Assembly: GCF_001194135.2 (NCBI RefSeq)
Contig: NC_068984.1
Location: 8,600,266-8,653,364, forward strand
Source of the DNA: Octopus bimaculoides
Taxonomy: Eukaryota
Reading direction: 5' to 3'
Length of the DNA: 53,099 nucleotides
Each line of letters begins with the position of its first letter. Position 1 is the first letter of the stretch. Below the pieces are notes generated by a model that saw nothing but the letters and a program-made list of their open reading frames with translations, was not told the origin of the DNA and made no database searches. The position numbers and the translations under genes were made by a program. Below are positions 38,466 through 50,368 of this stretch, in pieces.

Positions 38466-39467
38466 CGTGTTTCCGGTACTTCAATCTGGGGGCTTCTAAC
38501 TAGCAACATATTTGTGAGGCAACACACTGCTCAGTGTGACACCCTCACGCATTCCTCGGGCGTCTTTCTANNNNNNNNNNNNNNNNNNNNNNNNNNNNNN
38601 NNNNNNNNNNNNNNNNNNNNNNNNNNNNNNNNNNNNNNNNNNNNNNNNNNNNNNNNNNNNNNNNNNNNNNNNNNNNNNNNNNNNNNNNNNNNNNNNNNNN
38701 NNNNNNNNNNNNNNNNNNNNNNNNNNNNNNNNNNNNNNNNNNNNNNNNNNNNNNNNNNNNNNNNNNNNNNNNNNNNNNNNNNNNNNNNNNNNNNNNNNNN
38801 NNNNNNNNNNNNNNNNNNNNNNNNNNNNNNNNNNNNNNNNNNNNNNNNNNNNNNNNNNNNNNNNNNNNNNNNNNNNNNNNNNNNNNNNNNNNNNNNNNNN
38901 NNNNNNNNNNNNNNNNNNNNNNNNNNNNNNNNNNNNNNNNNNNNNNNNNNNNNNNNNNNNNNNNNNNNNNNNNNNNNNNNNNNNNNNNNNNNNNNNNNNN
39001 NNNNNNNNNNNNNNNNNNNNNNNNNNNNNNNNNNNNNNNNNNNNNNNNNNNNNNNNNNNNNNNNNNNNNNNNNNNNNNNNNNNNNNNNNNNNNNNNNNNN
39101 NNNNNNNNNNNNNNNNNNNNNNNNNNNNNNNNNNNNNNNNNNNNNNNNNNNNNNNNNNNNNNNNNNNNNNNNNNNNNNNNNNNNNNNNNNNNNNNNNNNN
39201 NNNNNNNNNNNNNNNNNNNNNNNNNNNNNNNNNNNNNNNNNNNNNNNNNNNNNNNNNNNNNNNNNNNNNNNNNNNNNNNNNNNNNNNNNNNNNNNNNNNN
39301 NNNNNNNNNNNNNNNNNNNNNNNNNNNNNNNNNNNNNNNNTTGTATCGAATCGCTTCTAACCAATCCGTTACTTCTATGCATTTAAAGCTTAACAGCGCA
39401 ATAATAAAATGCCATTCTATAGATTTCTTCTCTCAAAGGAAGGAATAGCAAAACACGAGCATTTCTG

Positions 39468-39508
<41 letters not shown>

Positions 39509-39874
39509 TGATGCTAATGTAACGCAAACAACACCTATTTAAGAAAATGCACTTGGAGGCTCTCGTTCTCGACATGGAAAGGCAAACAACAAGAACAAAG
39601 AGAAACTAGATTCAGCTTCAGGAGCAGAAACTACCTGCCAGGAGATAAAACACTCGAGATATTGAAGAATGTTTTCATTAAGATTGTGAAAAACATAGAA
39701 CTCAAGAAAAATTAAGAGACATCTTTTAGCAAAATATGTCGAAGAATATGATGAGTATGCGGTCTTCAAACAGTGTATTTGTTTGTTAAGAGAAAGTAAA
39801 TAACGTATTATATGAAGTATAATATTTGTACTAATCTATCGACAATCAATGATAATAATAATAATAACATAATA

Positions 39875-39967
39875 CAGGCGTGGTTGTGTGGTAAGTAGCA
39901 TGCTTACCAATCACATGGTTCCGGATTCAGTCCCACTGCGTGGCACCTTGGGCAAGTATCTTCTACA
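39875..39967 (+). mobile_element. SINE family A head truncated at the PLE junction
   Basis: Matches family A up to GGGCAAGTATCTTCTAC, then switches abruptly to an inverted PLE end. Confidence 0.85.
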
Positions 39968-39968
39968 G

Positions 39969-41010
39969 TTCTATATTTAAGAGATGAGGAATTATGTACA
40001 TTATTCACATTATTTACAGTTGATGGATTTTCCATTAAGACTTGTAGTGAGCTGTAAAGGCTGAGCATGTCATCCACTGAGCCAATTCCTCGTGGATGTA
40101 ATCAGTCCATTAGCAGGAAAGTCAACATCATACGTGAAGAATTCCACCCACTTCACAGAATTGATCAAGGATACTCCCATTGAATCCAACCAGATGGTTT
40201 GTCTAGATGTGATAAGTCTGTTCACCAAAGTCCCAACTGGTGAAGTACTATCGGTGACTCAAGAAAAACAAGTGACAGACACCCATCTAAAAGATGTATA
40301 CCAATAAGAAAATTGATGGAAATGTTGACCTTCTGTGTAGAAACTACCTACTTCAGTATGGACACTGATATATATCGACAAGAAGAGGGTTTAGCTATGG
40401 GTTCGCTATTATTATCGATAATAGCCAATATATACATGGAATACTTTGAGAATTTGTCTTTAGGATCAACACCAATAAAACCAACTCTGTGGCTGCGATA
40501 TGTTGATGACATCTCTATACTCTGGCATCACCAGGAAGATGTCCAAGTGCTGTTAGATCATGTGAACTCAATAAAGTCATCCATACAGTTCACAATGGAA
40601 CAGGAAAAAGTCAATCTGCTAGCATTCCTGGACGTAGTAATAACACGCACCAAGTATGGATTCAGGACATCCGTATACCGCGAGCTGACCTCCACTGGAC
40701 GATACCTCAGATTCAATTCTCACCATCCATACATTGTAAAGAGAGGGATTGCTCAGTGCCTAAAACGTCGAGCAAAGAATATAAGTAGCGATCGTTATAC
40801 ACACCACGAAGAAATGATCAAGCTCAATAACAATCTACTAAACAACTACCCCCAAAACATACTATCCCCGCCAAGTATCAAGAAAAGAGAGGATGAAACC
40901 AATAAGCTGTCCGCAGTCTGTCTACCCTATGTGAAAGGCCTTTCCGAAAAGATACAAAAGATATGCGGACCATATGACATCAGGGCAGTATTTATCTTCA
41001 AAACTATAAA
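39969..41010 (+). mobile_element. Penelope-like element: inverted 3' tail plus RT domain
   Basis: ORFs 40092-40307 and 40313-41080: LDVISLFTKVP, YRQEEGLAMGS, WLRYVDD, FLDV, YLRFNSHHP, CLPYVKGLSEKI; 39969-40018 is the reverse complement of 28233-28282. Confidence 0.92.
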
Positions 41011-41613
41011 CGAGAATCAAGTGTATAAAATGAGAAATGACCTAAGCAAACTATTGAAACATTTTAATTTTATATCATAGTTTGTAGCGCCGTCAAAAGA
41101 ATCAATTTCTCAGACGTAACATTTAACATTTAAGAACAGAGATTCCAATTAAACATGTTTTAGTGAAAATGATACAATTCTATATATGAATCATAACTGC
41201 AACCGCCCAGAGGTATTGTTAGGTGAAACGGATAACAACGAGAGAAAAGAACTCCAAAAATATCAACAGTATCATGAGTATAGAGTTACTTAATATCAGT
41301 TGCTGGTTTTAACTACTAATTATTGTCACAAACATTCAAACCGAACAACAAAATGCAAAAGAAAGAAAACTTTAAAATGAAAGCATGTAAGACGCATATT
41401 AGTTTTCCAAAATATACAAAAATTGTGAAGTTTATTTAGTAATCTTTGACGTTAATATTTCCGTTGTACTATCGTTGACTTGATCAGAGATATTTCCACT
41501 GCAACAAATACTGATATTTCTTGTTCAATCAATATTACCACCTAACCTGGAAGATATTGATTTGTTAGGTATAATCCCACTTTCCCCCAAGGCCAACACG
41601 CGCACACACACTA

Positions 41614-41692
<79 letters not shown>

Positions 41693-41779
41693 TGTGTGTG
41701 TGTGTGTGTGTGTGTCTGTGTGTCTGTGTGTATACACTCATACACACACAGATACACACACACACTGCATGAGCGATAT

Positions 41780-42622
41780 ACACGATCCATACAGTGTCAA
41801 GAGAGGGATTGCTCAGTGCCTAAAACATCGAGCAAAGAATATAAGTAGCGATTGTGATACACACCACGAAGAAATGATCAAGCTCAGTAACAATCTATTA
41901 AGCAACTACCCCAAAAACATACTATCCCCGCCAAGTATGAAGAAAAGAGAGCATGAAACCGATAAACTGTCCACAGTCTGTCTACCCTATGTGAAAGGCC
42001 TCTCAGAAAAAATACAAAAGATATGCGCAGGACAGTATCCCATGCAGCTGGAGTAGGTTATACAAAAGCGAAACATATCCGCACCTTCAAAATAAGGGTA
42101 GACGAACATCACAAAGTTGTGACTCGAGGAGATATTGATAAATCGGGTATAGTTGATCATGTAAGGAGAAATGGAGACCACCTTCCCCTGTGGGATGAAG
42201 TTAAAATAATAGACAGAGAACACCACTAGAAAATAGGAAAGCTAAAAGAAACAGCACAGATGCTAGAACACAACAACCTCCTAAGCGGACCGAGTGTAGA
42301 TATGAGTAGCATATGGGAACCGGTATTAAGGAAGGATAGGAAAATATTAGATTTATAAGCCCTAAAATTCACTCCATAATTGCCCTCGGGCATATAGCGT
42401 ATGGTTAAGAATGCGGGCTACTAACTCCAGGATTCTGAGTTCGATTCCAAGCAGTGACCTGAAAAATAATAATAATAATAACATCAAAAAATACCTTAGG
42501 AATGAGAACCCAGGTTCCAAATTTACCCAAGACACCTGAAGAAGCCTGGAGGGTATATCAGCCGAAATGTTCTGTTGACAACAAACAAGATGAGGAAAAA
42601 TATCAATCGAATGTAAATAATG
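41780..42622 (+). mobile_element. Penelope-like element 3' end (thumb/linker, internally deleted GIY-YIG, tRNA cassette, hammerhead)
   Basis: 41783-42030 duplicates 40722-40970; KIRVDEH...IIDREHH*KIGKLKE; 3' end matches 27680-28230. Confidence 0.9.
42531..42576 (+). ncRNA. Degenerate minimal hammerhead (paralogue of 28143)
   Basis: GACAC-CUGAAGA-A-GCCUG-loop-CAGCC-GAAA-UG-UU-CUGUU; mismatches differ from the 28143 copy, so the two-copy consensus is intact. Confidence 0.55.
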
Positions 42623-42643
42623 AAAAGAATATCTTTATCATCA

Positions 42644-43018
42644 TTTGTTTTAGTCGTTTGACTGCGGCCATACTGGAGCACCACCTTGAACGATTTAGTC
42701 GAAAACAATCGACTGTGATACTTATTCTTTCGACCGCTTTTGCCGAGCTGCAACTGCTAGGATGTAAACAAACTTACACCGCTTGTCAAATTGTGGTAGA
42801 GTCAAACACAACATAAACATAAACATAAACACATTTACAAACGTGTAAAGTTTATGCGACAGGAATCCGCACAGTCTCCGACTATCAAATTCAATCACAT
42901 GGCATTGGTCGATCCGAGGTGGTTGTAGAAAATACTTGCCCAAGGTTACGGCTGCACAGTGGAAGTGAACCTGATACTACAGGTTTGTAAACTGAATTAT
43001 TTAACCACACAGCCATGC
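42644..43018 (-). mobile_element. SINE family A, diverged full-length copy
   Basis: Tail (TTTGACTGCGGCCATACTGGAGCACC), (AACATA)n spacer and head (CTTGCCCAAGG...ACCACACAGCC) on the minus strand. Confidence 0.8.
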
Positions 43019-43411
43019 ATTCAGAACACCAGAATGGAAACAGAACGGACAAGAGACGAGTCACACATACATGGCTGCTTGGGAAAAATGACTGAGAAAG
43101 CTGAAATACAAAAATTCATCAAGTGGAAACATTCATTTCAAAACATAACAATAAAATAACAAAAAAAAAAGTACATTTCATTTCATCTTCACTACATAGA
43201 TGAAAGAATAAAAGCATCTTCGAAGATATTACGATGATGTGCTAGCAATAGTTTCCTGAGTCAGGTAACTTTGAAAATATTCTTTTATAGACGACATTCT
43301 TGTTTTTAAAATTATTGGATTTCTTTAATGTTGTTAAGATTACAATAAAGTTAACGTGACCTGATCTTAAAAATAACTTTCCCTCTCCTTCGCGTATTTA
43401 TTGTACCGTAC

Positions 43412-43980
43412 GGCGCAGGCGTAGCTGTATGGCAAGAAGTTTGCTTCTCAGCCACATGGTTCCGGGTTCAATCTCACTGCGTGGTACTTGAGCAAGTGTC
43501 TTCCATTATAGCCGACCAACGCCTTGCGCGTGAATTTCGTCGATGGAAACTGAACGAAGCCCAATCTGTATATGCATATATGTTTTTGTGTGTGTGTATA
43601 CATATACATATATATATATATATATATANNNNNNNNNNNNNNNNNNNNNNNNNNNNNNNNNNNNNNNNNNNNNNNNNNNNNNNNNNNNNNNNNNNNNNNN
43701 NNNNNNNNNNNNACACACACACAGACTCATATATATAAATATATATATAAGTGCTTATGTATATCTGTGAGTTTTTGTGTTTGGTTTTCCCCCACCAGTG
43801 TTTGACAACCGGCGTTGGTTTCTTTACGCCCCTGTAACTTCCCGGTTCGGTAAATGTGACCGATATAATATGTACTAGATTTTTAAAAAATTACTGGGGT
43901 CGATTTGCTCGACTAAAAATTTCTTAAGGTAATGTCCCGGCATGGCCGCTGCCTTATGACTGAAACAAGTAAAATATAAA
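43412..43980 (+). mobile_element. SINE family A full-length copy with internal microsatellite and gap
   Basis: Head 43412-43565, (TA/CA)n with gap, tail 43780-43980. Confidence 0.88.
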
Positions 43981-44947
43981 AGACAGAATTATGTGCGTGT
44001 GCGTGTGCGTGTGTGTGTGTGTGGAGAGAGAGAGAAAAGGGATGAATTTGCCCTTAAATTCCTTAAAATCTTTCTGTAATTTCCTTGCCAGTTTCACACT
44101 TATTATGATAACCGTGGTAGAGGAAAAGATGTGACGATCGATGCTTATATTAGCATTTCAGCCAACACGAATAGACAGATCAGTAAAAGGCTTTAGAATG
44201 CACAAGCGTGAATGTTTTTGGCATATCTATTGATGCATGTGTTCCAGTACCCGATGAATGAAACCAATAAGAATACATAAAAATATAAATAATAAATATA
44301 AAAGTATGTTCTCATCTTATGACCTGAAATGCGTATGTATTTGTCTTTGAGATTGCGTCATTATGCTGTTCAGGGATTAGCCTCATTTAAATTACTGCTT
44401 GGATTTCTTTTTCTGTGCATTTATTAATCACATTAATGATTTCAGTATGAATGCCGCTTTTATATGTGATCAGATAAAACGTTGTCATATAATACATTCG
44501 GCTTGTAGCTTTTGTCATATAATACATTTCCCTTGCAGCTATAGCAAATAAATCATTACTAAATTGTAAAGCTCCAACCATATCATGATTGCCGTATGAT
44601 CGATTTAATTATGGCTTAAGCGTAAAAGATTTTACTGTGCAAACGTATACAGATCATGGTTACAAAGTGAGTATTATACTGCACGTAGATATACAAATCA
44701 TTGTTGCAGTGTAAGCGCTAACCTGTAGGTATATGCAAAAACGAAATGTTTGCGTTGTGAACAAAATACTGTATACAGCTATGTAATTTATACCTGAAGT
44801 GTTCATCAAATTATGTACTCAGACGGGGTGACGTAATGATAATATATGATGAAATAAGTCAGATATACAACATAAATCTTAATCTGTATTCCATCATCTG
44901 GATGGCGTTTGTCGTCTCCTAATCATATAAATATATATATATGTGTA

Positions 44948-46234
44948 CATGGTGCGATGAATAAATTGTTGTCTACATTGCGCAAAAATGAAAATAACAC
45001 TGACATCTCATTTTAACAAATATATTTACCAAAATTACATAAACATATCTTGAAATACTAAAGAGTACCGTAAATCCTCGAGTATAGTGCGCCCTCGAGT
45101 ATAATACGCAGGGGATTTTTAGGGGGTGGTACCGCTGAAAAACCTGAACCTTGTGTAAAATACGCACCCCTTCTCTAACTTGAGTCAAGGAGGTCGATAT
45201 AACGTCCTTGGTTTGTAAACGTATATACAGTAATGTTCTTTATTAATATTGTATATATAGCATAATGCAAACGTGTAGCTCTTTTGTGCACTTTGTTTGC
45301 AGAAAATAAAGAAATAACAGTAATAACGTGAGTGAAAAATAAATATTAAGTAAATTACCTTTACAGATTTATCACTTAGAAAATTTTACTTAGAAAATAT
45401 TTTTCATTTTTAACCTCGTATATAATACGCACTAGAAAATTTGACCTCTAAATTTTGGGGAAAATGTGCGGATTATACTCTAGGATTTACGGTAAATTTC
45501 TTCAATAAAATCATTATTGGCTTCAACCACGGCCTCCAGACGATTTTGGAATTTCCTGCAACTCTTTTGGGCCGTGTCCTTGTTTAAGTTAGTGAATGCT
45601 GCCATAATCCTTGCTTTCAGTTTATCGTTGGTGATACAAGAAGTTTTGTTGATGTCTCGCTCAACTGCGCCCCACACATAATAATCAAGGTCTCGAGAGT
45701 TAGGTGGCTAGATCTTAGGAATGATGTTGTCGAAGAAATTGTCTGACAGCCATGACTGGGTTCTTCTGCTTGTGTGACATGGTACAGAGTGCTGTTGCCA
45801 GACATAGTCTTCTACCAGACACTCCTTTGACCCAAGACAGCACTACTTCCTCCAGGCACTTGATGTAGGCTTCCGTGTTGAGTCTGAGATCGTGTGGGAA
45901 GAAGAATGGAGGCATAACGTCACAATCACTAGTGATCACAACAAACACTATGATGTCGACTGGATGTTTGATTTTTATCACTCTCGGTACATGTCCGCAG
46001 ATTTACACCTAAGCACTCTGAAATATTCGTATTGAAGCTTCCGGTGCGAATACCAAGGAGTACAGCATACTGTTTCCGAATTTCCGGCTGAGTGAAGTGC
46101 GCCATGGTGCTGTTTTTCTCACATACGGTGCCCAACGAATCCTACTATACTATTATCGACAAAATCAAAAACAAACAATGCGCATGTATGATATTAAAAT
46201 TCTAAAATGGCGACAATTTATCCATTGAACCCTG
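44948..46234 (-). mobile_element. Internally deleted maT/DD37D Tc1/mariner transposon
   Basis: Imperfect ~26-bp TIRs (CATGGTGCGATGAATAAATTGT / CAGGGTTCAATGGATAAATTGT) flanked by TA; translations KHPVDIIVF...PPFFF...LRLNTEAYIKCLEEVV, DYYVWGAVER, ACRKF-like SCRKFQNRLEAVVEANNDFIE. Confidence 0.88.
45068..45492. mobile_element. pogo-type MITE nested in the maT element
   Basis: TIRs CCGTAAATCCTCGAGTATA / TATACTCTAGGATTTACGG with TA duplication (45066-45067, 45493-45494); removing it rejoins the host sequence. Confidence 0.85.
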
Positions 46235-46241
46235 TATATAC

Positions 46242-46279
<38 letters not shown>

Positions 46280-46280
46280 G

Positions 46281-46314
<34 letters not shown>

Positions 46315-46401
46315 CAGATAGATAGAGAGATAGATAGATAAACTGATATACATAAGTATGTATGTGTGCATGTATTCATGCATCCATGTCTATTTATAGT
46401 A

Positions 46402-46471
<70 letters not shown>

Positions 46472-46605
46472 NNNNNNNNNNNNNNNNNNNNNNNNNNNNN
46501 NNNNNNNNNNNNNNNNNNNNNNNNNNNNNNNNNNNTGTGTGTGTGTGTGTGTATTTTTGTGTATATGTGTTTCAGAGAGAGAGAGAGTGGGGGAAGAAAA
46601 TAAAA

Positions 46606-46656
<51 letters not shown>

Positions 46657-47224
46657 TTGTTATACAAGGATTATATTTCTACCCATTCTTTGTTATCTGA
46701 AGTTTCCAGTTCTGCTGCAACAGCATCTTATCGCAGGTGCAAAGTAAAGTCTTTAGAAAATTGTGATATCGTTATTCGTTCTGTGACAATTCTTCAAATT
46801 GACAACGTTCAAATTTTACACTTTAAAATTATTTGGAACTCATTAAATTTCAGTTATTTCAAGAATTAGAAGCTGACTAATTTCCTTACATTATTTTAAT
46901 AAATTAAAATGATTTAATTAAAGTTAGCAATGATGGCTTTTGTCTTCCGTTTAATAAGTTTTCCAAGACGTTTGCTATATTTTTCTTGTATTGTTGGTGT
47001 GTTTTGTAATTTACTTCAGTTTTACCGAATCATGATCGTCATAATCCTGCACCCCCTCCTCATCATTGTCACCATCAGTAATAGAAGCAGTAGCAGCTGC
47101 ATATTTACCATTATTCAATTTCTTTTTGTAGATTTCTGCAAGATTTTACTGAATCACCTGGTTCGCTCCTGTGTTCCTGTGCTGTTTGGTGGAGTGTTGT
47201 CTCTTCCTCTCGGTTGTTGTATAG

Positions 47225-47482
47225 CAGTGGTTCCCAAAAAGAGCAGTATTGCCCCCCCCCCCGCTGGGGCAGTGGAACGTTCNNNNNNNNNNTGGAGTAG
47301 CGATTCACGTAAAAAGAACAAAATAAGGGGTTCATTATGTTAAGTTTTAGTTGTGAAATACAGTTGCTTTAAATTTGCTTCAGAAAGAGGTCAATGTTTG
47401 TGATGGCTAGTTGGGGTGGGGGCACAAGGAATATGCTTTGGGTGTCAGGGGGGGGCAGCGTGTAAAAGTTTGAGAACCATCG
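47225..47482. mobile_element. hAT-like MITE
   Basis: CAGTGGTTCCCAAA ... TTTGAGAACCATCG Charlie-type ends; 8-bp flanks TTGTATAG and GTGTACAA match only 5/8. Confidence 0.6.
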
Positions 47483-47689
47483 GTGTACAACATAAATCTA
47501 TTTTTGTTGTTGAGGTTTAATTGCTTGTTTCTTGTTAAATTATTGTGCATTCTATTGTCTGCGGCCTGCGTAATGCGAGTTGTGTTATTTTGGATAATAA
47601 AGTTGCACTAGTTGTGTTGTTGTAGATTATTGTATAAGATACGTGTTGTTTGCGAATGATGTTCTATTTGGCCTATTCTATTGAATTGC

Positions 47690-49145
47690 GAGCGTTGCTA
47701 TTGAATTGATAGTGCCTTGCACAATATATAGGCTGTTCTCAGCAGAGAAATTTTGGGAGGTTGTGTGTATTGATGAGATCCCCCCCTATGGCTTTTATGT
47801 TCTTTTTTGACATTCCTAAATCATGCCCAGTACCTCACATAACATTGGTATCGTTTTCACCCTCATGCCCTACATCTTGACTATTTCAGTTTCAATGTTC
47901 TTTTATTACCTCCGCCTTAGTGAAGCGAGGGTATTGCTTTCAGTCGCGTTTGTTTGTTTGTCTGTGGGAAAGTTATCTCAAGAACCACTGGATGGATTCG
48001 GATAAAACTTTCAGGGATGTTTGGCCTCATGACTGGCACGAACTGATTAGATTTTGGGATCGATCTGGTTATCGGACAAGGATTCTGCATTATTTTTCCG
48101 GTTTTTTTACTTAAATTTTGAGAGCTATCAGGTTCATTTCTAGTATTCTCGTTTGTGAGAGCAGTCGAGTTTATTTCAAATATTCTCATTTTAGAAATCC
48201 TCTCCGTCTTATCGTTGAGACGACGTTGATGTTTCCTTGGCGAAGGTTTGCACTCTCTGAGTGCTCTTGTTTTTATGTATTCCATTTTTTTCGGCAATAT
48301 TTTCGTCGAAAGTTTTTGCGGAGTCTATCAGTCTGTATTTTTATTCCAATTCTTTTAAATCTTTATTCTTAAGTTTGGCTGGTTCATCTTGATCTCATTC
48401 TCAGTTTAAACCGGCGTTTCCCAAATTATGGTAGCTAGGTTGTTGTATGCACCGTGTTTCGTACATGCTTGTACCAATTCTTGTTCGTTTTTACATTGAG
48501 GTGTTGCCGTATTTTCCAGTGGATATAGCCTCCAACTTGATCATGCCTGCTTATATATTCAAATTTAGCAAGGATCAAACAACCAGCGATGATGTGCACA
48601 TCCTGCACTAGATGTTAGGATCTGTTTTCCTTACTTTATTCTTATAATAGTTTGTTGCAAGACATCGATGTTATGCAGAAAGAATCAGTCACTTCACTTC
48701 TGTTTTTAGACCGGAGATTTTGATCCATTGTTAACTTTCACATTGGTTTACATTATCTCTATCAAGCCACGCATTCTATTAACCGCGGAGCGTCTTTTTT
48801 TTTTCTTTCTCCACTTCTGTATGTTTTCTAATTTTGATTTCACTTCTTTGTCGTTTTAAACATTTCTGTTGTGTTATCTAAAATTATTGTTTCAATGTAG
48901 CCTGTTGCTGCTTTATACTTTATCGCTGCCTTGACTATAGAGAAGGGTTACTTTCCTTGTTTCTTTATTAGGCTAATGAGGTTTCCCTTATTCGTTTCCG
49001 AACATTTTCCCAGACAAACATTTGTAATTTATAAGAGTTTCCTATCTGTGTCAGGCTACCCCGGCCCTTGTGTGCGGGATAGGTATAATCGTTCGAAATC
49101 TGATTTGAGATGACGGCTTCAGTACACTTTCAGTAGCTTCCTGCC
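47690..49145 (-). mobile_element. R4/Dong-like LINE 3' half (post-RT region, zinc-knuckle region, REL endonuclease), degenerate
   Basis: KSDFERLYLSR.QG, ISGLKTEV, HIIAGCLILAKFEYISRHDQVGGYIHWKI, EIKMNQPNL, ETEIVKM*GMRVKTIP; many stops and frameshifts. Confidence 0.8.
47903..48274 (+). mobile_element. Helentron-associated non-autonomous element (HINE/DINE-1-like)
   Basis: 5' TTATTACCTCCGCC, (GTTT)n tract, 3' GGCGAAGGT subterminal inverted repeat and GCACTCTCTGAGTGC hairpin; inserted in a T-run with no TSD, splitting the R4-like ORF. Confidence 0.8.
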
Positions 49146-49535
49146 TTTTCTATCTTTATTTATTTATTTATTTATTGATTGATTTCACTTAGGCTCCACT
49201 TTATTATATCAAACACTAATATATTACTTGTACGAGTGGCGTATTTATACCTATTATCATATTTGTAGCGCTATCTTCAGGCTTCATATTAGTCTAACTT
49301 TTCTATAGTATTTTTTCCTTTCTTTTACATGCCTTGTATTTTGCCTGTTACGTGTACTTCTAAGAATTTGCATGGGTGGTTACGATCAAATGGTCTAAAT
49401 TAAGTACATCTATCAGTGTTTAATCCAACACTCTTTTGCTGAAACTGATAACAATTCTAATTTAAATCTAAACCCTTACCTTGTCCTTTTGGAGAACCTT
49501 CCCCGCATTCCCTAATTCATTATTTTAATCATCGT

Positions 49536-49760
49536 AAGGCGGCGAGCTGGCAGAATCGTTAAGACGCCGGGCGAAATGCTTAGTGGTATTTCGTCTGCCG
49601 TTACGTTCTGAGTTCAAGCTCCCCTCGAGATCGACTTTGCAATTCATCCTATTGTGATCTATAAAATGAGTACCGGTTGAACACTGGGGTCGATGCAGTC
49701 AATAAGACCTATCCCCGATAATTTCAGGTTTTGTGCCTATACAAGATAGAATTGTTATTG
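49536..49760 (+). mobile_element. SINE family C
   Basis: AAGGCGGCGAGCTGGCAGAATCGTT...GAGTTCAAG...ATAAAATGAGTACCGG...GGGGTCGATG. Confidence 0.88.
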
Positions 49761-49886
49761 TTGATGATGTTATTGATAAAACCATTTCATGCTATATTAT
49801 TTAGCAGGATGTTCTTTTGAGGTTTGGTGACAACACGTCTACTCAAATCTCAGAAACTAGAATTCTTGCAGAATACAGGTTTATCA

Positions 49887-50185
49887 TTTCTTCTTCTTCT
49901 TCTTCTTCTTCTTCTTCTTCTTCTTCTTTTTCTTCTTCTTCTTCTTTTCCTGCTACTTCTTTCTTTTCTCCTTCCTTTTCTCCTTTTTCCTTTTCTCTTC
50001 TTCCTTTTCTCCTTCTTCTTCTTCTCCTTCTTTTCCTTCTTCCTCTTCCTTTTCTTCTTCCATTTCTTCTTCCTCTTCTTCATGTTCTTCCTCGTCCTCT
50101 CCTTCCTCTTCTCCTTCTTCCTCTTCTCCTTCTCCTTATTCTTATTCTTCTTTTAATTATAATTATTATTAATAGTATTACTATA

Positions 50186-50232
<47 letters not shown>

Positions 50233-50265
50233 CATTATTATCATTATTATTATTATTATTACTAC
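49887..50265. repeat. Compound (CTT)n/(CCT)n then (ATT)n microsatellite
   Basis: Direct reading. Confidence 0.95.
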
Positions 50266-50327
50266 CAAGGAATGTAAAAAGAGAGAAAATAGGCAGCTAC
50301 TGACAATGCGTAAAGGTTTTTAAAAAC

Positions 50328-50368
50328 CTTTATATTTCGGGTGCAAACGCCCGCCTTCAGCAGAAAAG
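50328..50368 (-). ncRNA. Degenerate hammerhead-like motif (A6C-type core or CUGAAGG variant)
   Basis: Minus strand UUUU-CUGCUGA-AGGCGGGC-GUUU-GCACCC-GAAA-UA-UA-AAGG; stem II is imperfect. Confidence 0.4.

Noticed and set aside
39539-39790. Protein-like peptides (also 44387-44581)
   Set aside because: Several stops, no splice support and no recognised family; the second contains a local 16-bp duplication.
47040-47224. Initially read as a GIY-YIG fragment on the minus strand
   Set aside because: Translation across the hAT MITE gave no GIY/YIG or conserved Arg/Glu motifs.
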